The notes under the pieces were generated by a model. The model had not been told where the DNA came from. It did no database searches and saw only the letters and a program-made list of their open reading frames with translations. The position numbers and the translations under genes were made by a program. 64,000 bases of DNA, from NCBI GenBank assembly GCA_963793425.1, contig CAWCAG010000005.1, positions 768,001-832,000 on the forward strand, given 5' to 3'. Below are positions 8,801 through 16,843 of the stretch, piece after piece. The stretch is from an uncultured cyanobacterium. GTDB taxonomy: Bacteria > Cyanobacteriota > Cyanobacteriia > Cyanobacteriales > CAWCAG01. The first letter of the stretch is position 1. Each line of letters starts with the position of its first letter.

Positions 8801-10225
8801 TTATCTAGCTAGGTTTTCTTGGCAGCGTTCTAGATAAATATGAGCGGTTTTATCTTTAGGATTTTGTGCGACACATTCTGAGAAAATAATTTCTGCTTCG
8901 ACATAATTATCTTGATGGAAAAGTAGCAACCCCTGTTCAAAACTAATTCTCGTAGCTAACTTTCCCTGGCGCACTTCAAGAGGATCGCCATCAAATACTT
9001 CATAAATACTAACCCAGTCCGATTTACCTTTCACTTTAACCCGGTCAATAATACGAATACAATAATTATTAGAGTCTTTTAATTCCAGAAAAGTATGATG
9101 GGAAATAAAAAAAGATACTCCATAACTTTCTGTTAATTCTTCAAGTCGAGCAGCTAAATTAACCGTATCGCTAATAACAGTACCGTCCATACGATTTTTT
9201 CCACCAACTGTACCCAACATCAAGGAACCTGTATTAATACCAATACCAATTTGAATGGGCGCACGTCCTGGTCTTTGCCTAGTTTGATTATAATTATTTA
9301 AAAGCTGTAACATAGTAATACCCGCAGTAACAGCATCATCAGCACTACCACTGAAAAGAGCCATAATAGCATCGCCAATATATTTATCAATGAAACCATT
9401 ATTATTAATAATTGCTGGTTCCATACGACTTAAATAAGCATTAATAAACTTAAAGCTATCCTCTGAACTCATGCTTTCAGAAAGACTAGTAAAGCCACGA
9501 ATATCAGAAAATAACACTGACATTTCCTTTTCTACAGATTCTCCTAACTCCACATCAATAATACTTTTTTTATTTAAAAATTGGAGAAACTCATGGGGGA
9601 CAAAACGTTCGTAAGCTTGGTTAAGTTTAAATAATTGGTTAGTATATTTGCGAAGCTCTAACTCAGCGTTTTTGCGTTCTGTAATATCAGCAAAAGCCGC
9701 GATCGCATAAATAATTTCTTTCTTTTCATTAAAGATTGGTGTCGCCCAAACTTCCACAGAAATAGTCTTATTTCCTTGGCGTATTTCTACATCATCAACA
9801 GCAACACTTTCTCCTTGCAAAGCCCTTAGTAAAGGTTGGCGATCGCCAGGATAAAATTCAGCTGTTTCTGATAGATAAAATTGATATACTTCTGATAGCT
9901 TCTCAGCAGTGGTTTCTGGGGCAATACCTTTACCTAGTAATTGCTCTGCTCTTTGATTCGCATAAAAAGGCTTACCCTGGGCATCAACAACAAAAACGCC
10001 TATGGGCATAGCTTCTAGAAACTGCTGTAACCTCTTCTCGCTTTCAACTAAAACCGTTTCTGCTTGTTTGTGTAATTCTGCCTCAATTGTGTCAGAATGC
10101 TCAGTAGTCGTCTCTAAGAGAATCTCCAGATCAGCTTTTTCTTGCCTTAACCCCGCAACTTCCTGACGCAAATTCTCTATCTCTAATAAGAGTTTTTCTG
10201 TAGAGGGTTGTTCTTCTTGCTGCAT
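8801..10225 (-). CDS. Class III adenylate cyclase with N-terminal coiled coil, PAS domain and C-terminal TPR-like helices
   Basis: FSDIRGFT, IDKYIGDAIMALF (ATP-specifying Lys, second metal Asp), GTVISDTVNLAARLE (class IIIb Thr, catalytic Asn/Arg); PAS segment MPIGVFVVD...YANQRAEQLLG...DITERK. Confidence 0.93.
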   Translation of the reverse strand: MQQEEQPSTEKLLLEIENLRQEVAGLRQEKADLEILLETTTEHSDTIEAELHKQAETVLVESEKRLQQFLEAMPIGVFVVDAQGKPFYANQRAEQLLGKGIAPETTAEKLSEVYQFYLSETAEFYPGDRQPLLRALQGESVAVDDVEIRQGNKTISVEVWATPIFNEKKEIIYAIAAFADITERKNAELELRKYTNQLFKLNQAYERFVPHEFLQFLNKKSIIDVELGESVEKEMSVLFSDIRGFTSLSESMSSEDSFKFINAYLSRMEPAIINNNGFIDKYIGDAIMALFSGSADDAVTAGITMLQLLNNYNQTRQRPGRAPIQIGIGINTGSLMLGTVGGKNRMDGTVISDTVNLAARLEELTESYGVSFFISHHTFLELKDSNNYCIRIIDRVKVKGKSDWVSIYEVFDGDPLEVRQGKLATRISFEQGLLLFHQDNYVEAEIIFSECVAQNPKDKTAHIYLERCQENLAR

Positions 10226-10294
10226 TGCCCAGGATAAGATTCATTTTTTTGTGTAAATTCGACTAAGCCCCTTCAGACTAGGCAATGATATATT

Positions 10295-10330
10295 TTTACC
10301 TATTACCTATTACCTATTACTTATTACTTA
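10295..10330. repeat. Heptamer tandem repeat (TATTACC/TATTACT)
   Basis: ttacc tattacc tattacc tattac ttattac tta in the gap between the STAS-like gene and the cyclase gene. Confidence 0.8.
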
Positions 10331-10343
10331 ATTACTCACTCCC

Positions 10344-10688
10344 TCATGCCCATTCTAATTCTAAATTAGGCATTAAGCGTTGAAGGTTTTTTAAAGATTT
10401 CCCCTGCCAAGGAACCTGCTTAGATCCCTGTACTACCATAGAAACATCCTTTTCCTGGCGGACTTTAATAACAAATTTTGATAAAACATTAATACCTGAA
10501 CTATTAAGAAACTGCAAGTCTTGCAAATTCAAAGTAATAATGGGAGACTTTTGTTCAAGGACTTGGTGTAGTAACTCAATAATTGGTGCATATTCTTCCA
10601 TACCACTAAGTCTTAGAGTCCCTTGACAGTTTACCGTTGCTGTAGATTGTTTATAGCAAATACTGTATTCTTTTGTCTTAATCTCCAT
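10344..10688 (-). CDS. STAS-like / SiaC-like small regulator (Slr1659 superfamily)
   Basis: LNLQDLQFLNSSGINVL resembles the phospho-acceptor loop of anti-sigma antagonists and SiaC; C-terminal PWQGKSLKNLQRLMP; strong SD GGGGGAG. Confidence 0.82.
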   Translation of the reverse strand: MEIKTKEYSICYKQSTATVNCQGTLRLSGMEEYAPIIELLHQVLEQKSPIITLNLQDLQFLNSSGINVLSKFVIKVRQEKDVSMVVQGSKQVPWQGKSLKNLQRLMPNLELEWA

Positions 10689-10703
10689 TTCTCCCCCTGT
10701 AAG

Positions 10704-11285
10704 CTATAACTTTAGCTGTACCAATGTGGTTAAAGCAACTATTTCTGGATTTTGCTGCACCGTCTCCAATTTCCAGCCCACCTTTGCCATATAATCATTG
10801 ATTATGGTTAGAAAGCCTAACCCAGAGTTGGTATCGTTGTCACCCTGAGCATTTTCTTCTAATTGCAGAATATATAATTCTTGGGGATCGTAGGTTGCTA
10901 GTTTGTTGATAAAAACTTTAAGTTTATCTTGGTATTGAGAACTAATACTATTAGTAGTAGAAAAAACCACTCTATCGCGGTGAAAATGCAAGCTAATACT
11001 GATCGGATAATCCTTTTCTTCATCATTGAACTTCATGGCATTTTCTAACAATTCATTGGCAATATAACTAACAGCACCTTTAATCTCTGCTTGATGCTCC
11101 ATCTCATTTAACTCAATTTCATTGTTAAGAAAGAAAGTGGTTAAATAGTCTCCTAAAAAATCAGCCGATAAACCATTGTTGCGCCAACGTTTCTTGATGG
11201 GAACTGAGCTAGGTGAAAATTGCAGGATCAAATATTCTTGAGTTGCAGGTAGATTGTGTCCGTAGTCTCCAAATACTTGCTTCAT
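10704..11285 (-). CDS. GHKL-fold kinase-like protein (Slr1658 / SiaB-like, DUF6272-like)
   Basis: N-box IANELLENAMKF, G-box SGLGFLTIINDY, N-terminal RWRNNGLSADFL; ATGA overlap with the upstream gene. Confidence 0.8.
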   Translation of the reverse strand: MKQVFGDYGHNLPATQEYLILQFSPSSVPIKKRWRNNGLSADFLGDYLTTFFLNNEIELNEMEHQAEIKGAVSYIANELLENAMKFNDEEKDYPISISLHFHRDRVVFSTTNSISSQYQDKLKVFINKLATYDPQELYILQLEENAQGDNDTNSGLGFLTIINDYMAKVGWKLETVQQNPEIVALTTLVQLKL

Positions 11286-13774
11286 GGTAATTCAATTATT
11301 TCTAACCCTTTTCTTTTAATTGCCACCAAAGTAATATCATCATAAACTTTTTGTTCTCCAATATATCCTTTAACATGGCTGATCACCTCAGAACAAACTT
11401 CCTCTACCGATGCAGACCAATTTTGTTGGATTACTTTACACAATCTTTCTATGCCATAGTGCAAACCCTGCTCATTTTCAGCTTCAGTAATGCCATCTGT
11501 ATAAAGTATTATTCCATCTCCTGGCCCTAACTCTACCTTTGTTTCTGCTAAGAACTCAACTACATCTTCAATTAAACCTAAAGGAAAACCTAAATCAATG
11601 GTATCAATCCGCTCAATTTCGCCATTTTGGCGTACTAAAATGACTTCTTCATGCTGTCCACTCAAGGTGAGAATACCTGCTTGGTAGTCAAGTAAACAAA
11701 GGGTAAGATTTTTTTCGGAACTCATACGTTGGACATTTTCATACACTGTCCAATTAATGGCTTCTAGGTACTTTTTGAGATCAGTCTCACCATTGGCTAA
11801 GAGGGTTCGTACAGCAGTTTGTACCATCAACATTAGTACTCCACTCTCTAATCCATGGCCGGTCACATCGCCGATACCAATTTTAATCCTGCCGTTATGA
11901 TAGATGACATCATAATAATCTCCTCCCACTTCCTGGGCCGGTTCCATGAAACCAGCTATTTCTAATTCTGGTATTTTTTTAAGTTCCTCTTGATTAGGAA
12001 GAATCATAGTTTGCAGACGGCGAGTAATATCTACTTCTGAACTGAGGCGTAGGTTTTCTTGTTGCAGTCTTTGATTAAGGGTGGTAATTTCTAAGTTAGC
12101 TTGAGCTAAAGCTTGTTGGGCTTCTTTGCGATCGCTTATATCTCGAAAAATGCCAGTGTAAAATCCCCCAGAGGCTAATTTTGCTTCTGATAAGCTAGCT
12201 TCTAAAGGTAGGGTTGAATCGTTAGCTTGCTTACCAACAACTTCATGTAAACCTACTCCTAATAAATTCTCTAAGGAAATATCTTCCGGCAATTCTAAAA
12301 GTTGATACATCGACATTCCGACTAAATTACTAAGAGGATAGCCGAAAATCACTTCTGCACTAGGATTAGCCATAATAATTTGTAAATCTAGTTTGCTGAA
12401 GGTAATGATGGCATCAGTAGCGGTTTTAAAAAGTGCTTCAGTGCGGCTTATAGCTTCTTCTAAAGCATCCATTACCTGGTTGTAGCGTTCGGCAATTAAG
12501 CCGACTTCGGTAAAGGGTTCTAGGGGAACACGCAAGCTTAAATCTTGGGTTTGAGCTTGCAAATCCATAACCTTAAATAAGTCATGAATTTCTGTTTTAG
12601 CACGATGTTCTGATATATTTAGACCAACTTTTTCTTGTTCTAAGGAAACTCGTAAAGGGAAGAAGCGGTTAAGAGTGCGTAGTAACAAGTAACTTAAACC
12701 AAAAGACCAGACAAAACAGACAAAAATCCCCAACAATTGTACTAATATTTGGTTTCCTTTCGTTAACCCCGTAGCTAACAAATCCGCTTTACCAAACAAA
12801 GCCACAGCCAAAGTTCCCCACACCCCAGCCCCGGCATGAACGGCGATCGCATCTACTGCATCATCAATACGCCAACGCCGAAGCCAATAGGAAACAAGTA
12901 TAGTAACTCCTGCACCAATTGAGCCAATAATTACCGCTTCTGCAGTGTTGACGACATTACAGTTAGCCGTAATCGCCACCAATCCGGCTAGGGAACCATT
13001 AATCAATATTTCTACTTCCGGGATTTTGTGCTGCTGCCAACCAATTATTCCGGCGGTAATCATCCCTGCCACCCCAGCTAAGACAGTGTTAACAATGATG
13101 CCAGGGACTTGCTCATTTAATTCTAAGGTACTGCCACCATTGAAGCCTAACCAGCCGATCCACAATAACATGGCTCCTAAAACAGAAAATTGTAAATTGG
13201 AGCCGTGAATCTTACGGGGCCTTCCTTCAGGGGGAAATCTGCCAGTGCGAGAACCAATAACGAATAAAGCGGCTAAACCTACCCAACCTCCTACGCTATG
13301 AACAACTGTAGAACCAGCAAAATCTAAAAAACCAAGTTGTTTTAACCACCCGGCTTGGTTCCAACTCCAATGGCCAAAAAAAGGATAAATTGTACTGGAA
13401 ACTAAAACTGTGGTGGTTAGGTAGGCCCCAAACTTCATGCGCTCCGCCACTGCCCCTGAAACGATGGTGGCAGTAGTGCTACAAAACATGGCTTGGAAGA
13501 GGAAGAAGGCAGCTTTTTGAGCTTGGGAGTCTAAATTGACCAAAAAGTCTGTTGAGCCAACCCAGCCCCCTTGGGAAACCCCGAACATCCAGGCATAACC
13601 AAATAGCCAAAAGCAGGCTACGGAAATGCCGAAATCTGCTAAGTTTTTCACCGCAACGTTAATACTATTTTTGGAGCGGGTTAACCCAGACTCCAAACAC
13701 ATAAATCCTGGTTGCATTAAAAACACTAAACCAGCAGAAACCAGGAGCCAGAGGATGTTGATAGTTGTCTCCAT
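11282..13774 (-). CDS. amt: Ammonium transporter (Amt) fused to a HAMP-like linker, PAS domain, coiled coil and SpoIIE/PP2C phosphatase
   Basis: Amt motifs MQPGF..LESG, FQAMF, SGAVAER, HWSW, DFAGSTVVH, WLGFNGGS, DDAVDAIAVH, E..GLNISEH. PAS segment TATDAIITF...ANPSAE.IFGY. PP2C motifs EVGGDYYD, GDVTGHG, YTDGITEA, DDITLV. Confidence 0.93.
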   Translation of the reverse strand: METTINILWLLVSAGLVFLMQPGFMCLESGLTRSKNSINVAVKNLADFGISVACFWLFGYAWMFGVSQGGWVGSTDFLVNLDSQAQKAAFFLFQAMFCSTTATIVSGAVAERMKFGAYLTTTVLVSSTIYPFFGHWSWNQAGWLKQLGFLDFAGSTVVHSVGGWVGLAALFVIGSRTGRFPPEGRPRKIHGSNLQFSVLGAMLLWIGWLGFNGGSTLELNEQVPGIIVNTVLAGVAGMITAGIIGWQQHKIPEVEILINGSLAGLVAITANCNVVNTAEAVIIGSIGAGVTILVSYWLRRWRIDDAVDAIAVHAGAGVWGTLAVALFGKADLLATGLTKGNQILVQLLGIFVCFVWSFGLSYLLLRTLNRFFPLRVSLEQEKVGLNISEHRAKTEIHDLFKVMDLQAQTQDLSLRVPLEPFTEVGLIAERYNQVMDALEEAISRTEALFKTATDAIITFSKLDLQIIMANPSAEVIFGYPLSNLVGMSMYQLLELPEDISLENLLGVGLHEVVGKQANDSTLPLEASLSEAKLASGGFYTGIFRDISDRKEAQQALAQANLEITTLNQRLQQENLRLSSEVDITRRLQTMILPNQEELKKIPELEIAGFMEPAQEVGGDYYDVIYHNGRIKIGIGDVTGHGLESGVLMLMVQTAVRTLLANGETDLKKYLEAINWTVYENVQRMSSEKNLTLCLLDYQAGILTLSGQHEEVILVRQNGEIERIDTIDLGFPLGLIEDVVEFLAETKVELGPGDGIILYTDGITEAENEQGLHYGIERLCKVIQQNWSASVEEVCSEVISHVKGYIGEQKVYDDITLVAIKRKGLEIIELP

Positions 13775-13906
13775 AATGAGTCGGGGAATTTATTGTTAGA
13801 GTGCAACTAGTTTAAGCACAATTATCTCTGTTGGGAAGCTAAGCTAGTCTCAAGATAATAGTTTTTTGGAAATTCCCCGCTAATTATCTTTCATCTCACT
13901 CAAGTT

Positions 13907-13930
13907 GAACATTAAGCGAACGTGATCGCA
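13907..13930 (+). promoter_or_regulatory. 24-nt motif shared with 48220-48243; CRP-like GCGA-N6-TCGC core
   Basis: GAACATTAAGCGAACGTGATCGCA versus GAACATTAAGCGAACGCGATCACA, 22 of 24 identical. Confidence 0.45.
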
Positions 13931-14021
13931 GACGAAGGTGTTCGACTATAGAAATAAGGAAGGGGTGGTTTATGGTAACAAAAATAATGGGGACAACTAG
14001 GTACTACTAGTCTATTAATTC

Positions 14022-16841
14022 ATGCAAATTTCAACTTCTTGTCTCAAACTACCTGCCCTGGAACAAATTATTAATTCCAATCCTTTAGTTGTACCTCCTA
14101 ATGCCTCAGTTAGAGATGTGATGACTTTTCTGCTCCAGGGGCAAAAAGGTACTCGTGGTGAATTTTGTGCTGTTGTTGAAGAGCAAGGGAAAATCCTAGG
14201 AATATTGGCTCAACAAGATGTTATTAAGTTAGCAACATTGGAAAAACGTTGGGAATTTTTTACTGTTGCAGATGTAGTAGAGAAAAACCATGTTGTTTTA
14301 GCTGAGGCTCAATATAATGATGTTTTTCAAGTTTGTAGTTTGTTGCGCCAATATGAAACTGACTACTTACTAGTTGAGGATCAACAAGGTAGCTTGAAAG
14401 GAGTGATAACCTCTGAGTTAATCCTCAATTCTTTGCAGGGAAGTCATATTTGGCAACAGGGTTTTGTTGGTGAGGTAATGAATACTGATGATTTCAGCGT
14501 TACTCCCCAAACTTCATTGCTTCAAGCTGCTCGATTAATGTCTGAAAACGAGAGAGATTGGGTGATTATTGCTCAAGATGTTCAACCTTTGGGATTGGTG
14601 ACAACTAAAGATATTATCCAGCACCAACTTAATAGCTCTGATTTGGCACAAGTCCAAGCTTTGGCAGTAATGAATACTCTCCCATCAAAAGTTTTAGCAG
14701 AAGATTCTTTGGATTCAGCATGGCAGAAAATACAGCAAAATAGTTGGCAACCATTATTAGTTACAAATAGTCAAGGAGCATTACTAGGAACTTTAACTCA
14801 AGCTAGTTTTTTACGATGCCTTGAACCCAGGGAAATGTATAGTAAACTTGAGTTGTTATACCGAGAAAATCAACAGCTTAGAAGCGAAAAAGCTCAGCTT
14901 TTAAAATCTCAATCTCATGAAACAGAAGCAGAATTAGAAGGAGCAAAAGACCAACTTCAAGCCGTTTTAGATGCTATGCCGGGAACTATTTCTTGGATTG
15001 ACTCTGATTTATGTTATTTAGGAGTTAACAAACAATTAGCTAGTCTTTTTAATAAACCGACAGAAGGTTTTGTTGGTAAAAAAATTGGCTTTTTTAAAGA
15101 AAACGATGAATTTGGTTATCACATGGAACGTTTCTTTGCTAGTTCTCAGCAAGAATCTTCCTTAGAAGTAGAAATGCAAGTTGGTGACTCATTTAATAAT
15201 TATTTAGTTGTTACTCGTAAGTATAATCATAATCGAGCGGCTGTGGCTGTAGGGGTTAACATAACTGACCGCAAAAAGACAGAGATGGCTTTGGTTAAAA
15301 GTGCTGCTACTAATCGCGCTCTAATTAATTCTATTCCTGATTTAATGTTCTGCTTTAATCATGATGGTATATTCCTAGATTATAAAGCAGCAAAAGATTA
15401 TGAAGCAGCAGTTTCTCCAGAAGATTTTTTAGGTAAAAGAGTAAATGAAGTGCTGCCACCACAAATATCTCAGTCAGTTTTGCAATGTATAAAGCGGGCT
15501 TTACAAACCAAAGAAATACAGTCTTTTGAATATCAGTTACCTCGAAGTTATCAGGATAACAAGATCAGAGATTGGGAAGCCCGTCTTTTTGTTAGCAATG
15601 AAAATGAAGTTATGGCTATTATAAGAGATATTACAGAACGCAAACGTTCGGAAACTGAATTACGTCGTCAAAGTCTTAAATCTCGACTATTCGCTGAAAT
15701 TAGCTTGAAAATTCGCCAATCTTTGCAATTAGAAGAAATCTTACAAACCACCGTTACAGAAGTACAGCAGATATTTCAAGTAGACAGAGTTTTAATTTAT
15801 CATTGCTTAGCTTCTGGGCTAGATAAAGTTATTATGGAGGAGGTTTTATTAGGTTGGCCAAAAACTTTAGGGATGTCTTTTCCCCAAGAAGTATCCTTTC
15901 AAAATCACCAAGATAGTTGGAGACAAGGAGAAGTTTTAGCTATTGCTGATTTGGAGAAAGAATATGGGAAAACTTCACCGTCTATAGTCGCTTTCTGGCA
16001 AAATTGGTTTGTTAAAGCGAAGTTGGTTGTACCTATTTTACAACAAGAAAAACTTTGGGGCTTAATCATAGTTCATCAATGTTCTAGTTGCCGACATTGG
16101 AGTAATTTTGAGACAGAACTATTACAGCAGCTAGCTGATCAAGTAGGTATTGCTATTTCTCAAGCCCAACTTTTAAAGGAACAGCAAGAAAGTGAAGCGA
16201 TGATTCGAGCATCTCTACAAGAGAAAGAGGTTTTGTTAAAAGAGATTCACCATCGAGTTAAGAATAATCTCCAGGTCATTTCTAGCCTTTTTTCTTTACA
16301 GTCTTATTATCTTGAAGATTCTAAAGCTTTGCGAGTACTTGAAGATAGTCAAAGTAGAGTCAAAGCCATGGCTTTAATTCATGAAAAAATCTATAACTCT
16401 CAAGATTTGTCTAAGGTCAATTTTGCTAAATATATCCAAGATTTGGCAAACTATTTATTTCATGCTTACGAACCTAACCCCCAAGTAGAGTTAGAAATTG
16501 ATGTCGAGCCTGTCTCCCTAAATTTAGATACGGCTACTCCTTGTGGACTGTTGATCAACGAAGTTATTTCTAATGCTCTTAAATATGCTTTTCCTAATAA
16601 AAAGAAAGGTAGGATCTGGATTAAGCTTTATTATTTAAACCAGGAAAAAATGGTTTTAGAAATAGGAGATAATGGGGTTGGCTTTCCTCCAAACCTTGAT
16701 TTGGAGGAAACGGAATCATTGGGTCTTCAGTTAGTAAAAGATTTAGCTCAGCAGTTAAAAGGTAAACTAGAAATAAATTGTCACCAAGGAACGCGATTGA
16801 AAATCACATTTTCTGAATTACAATACCGGAGACGAATGTAA
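14022..16841 (+). CDS. Sensor histidine kinase: 4 CBS - 2 PAS - cyanobacteriochrome-like GAF - HisKA_2/HATPase
   Basis: CBS repeats (G.ILGIL...D; LGLVTTKDI); PAS ends NITDRKK and DITERK; GAF RQSLQLEEILQTTV.EV...DRVLIY...VKAKLVVPIL...LWGL..HQC; H-box LKEIHHRVKNNLQVISSL; NEVISNALKYAF, DNGVG, SLGLQLV. Confidence 0.93.
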   Translation: MQISTSCLKLPALEQIINSNPLVVPPNASVRDVMTFLLQGQKGTRGEFCAVVEEQGKILGILAQQDVIKLATLEKRWEFFTVADVVEKNHVVLAEAQYNDVFQVCSLLRQYETDYLLVEDQQGSLKGVITSELILNSLQGSHIWQQGFVGEVMNTDDFSVTPQTSLLQAARLMSENERDWVIIAQDVQPLGLVTTKDIIQHQLNSSDLAQVQALAVMNTLPSKVLAEDSLDSAWQKIQQNSWQPLLVTNSQGALLGTLTQASFLRCLEPREMYSKLELLYRENQQLRSEKAQLLKSQSHETEAELEGAKDQLQAVLDAMPGTISWIDSDLCYLGVNKQLASLFNKPTEGFVGKKIGFFKENDEFGYHMERFFASSQQESSLEVEMQVGDSFNNYLVVTRKYNHNRAAVAVGVNITDRKKTEMALVKSAATNRALINSIPDLMFCFNHDGIFLDYKAAKDYEAAVSPEDFLGKRVNEVLPPQISQSVLQCIKRALQTKEIQSFEYQLPRSYQDNKIRDWEARLFVSNENEVMAIIRDITERKRSETELRRQSLKSRLFAEISLKIRQSLQLEEILQTTVTEVQQIFQVDRVLIYHCLASGLDKVIMEEVLLGWPKTLGMSFPQEVSFQNHQDSWRQGEVLAIADLEKEYGKTSPSIVAFWQNWFVKAKLVVPILQQEKLWGLIIVHQCSSCRHWSNFETELLQQLADQVGIAISQAQLLKEQQESEAMIRASLQEKEVLLKEIHHRVKNNLQVISSLFSLQSYYLEDSKALRVLEDSQSRVKAMALIHEKIYNSQDLSKVNFAKYIQDLANYLFHAYEPNPQVELEIDVEPVSLNLDTATPCGLLINEVISNALKYAFPNKKKGRIWIKLYYLNQEKMVLEIGDNGVGFPPNLDLEETESLGLQLVKDLAQQLKGKLEINCHQGTRLKITFSELQYRRRM

Positions 16842-16843
16842 CC

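Noticed and set aside
13886..13966. Faint resemblance to the glnA glutamine riboswitch (ATCTTTCATCT...AGACGAAGGT...GGAAGG) upstream of the CBS kinase
   Set aside because: The conserved CGTTC/GAACG P1 stem and CGGAAGTA/GAAG E-loop nucleotides are not preserved; a covariance search with the glnA model would be needed to revive it.
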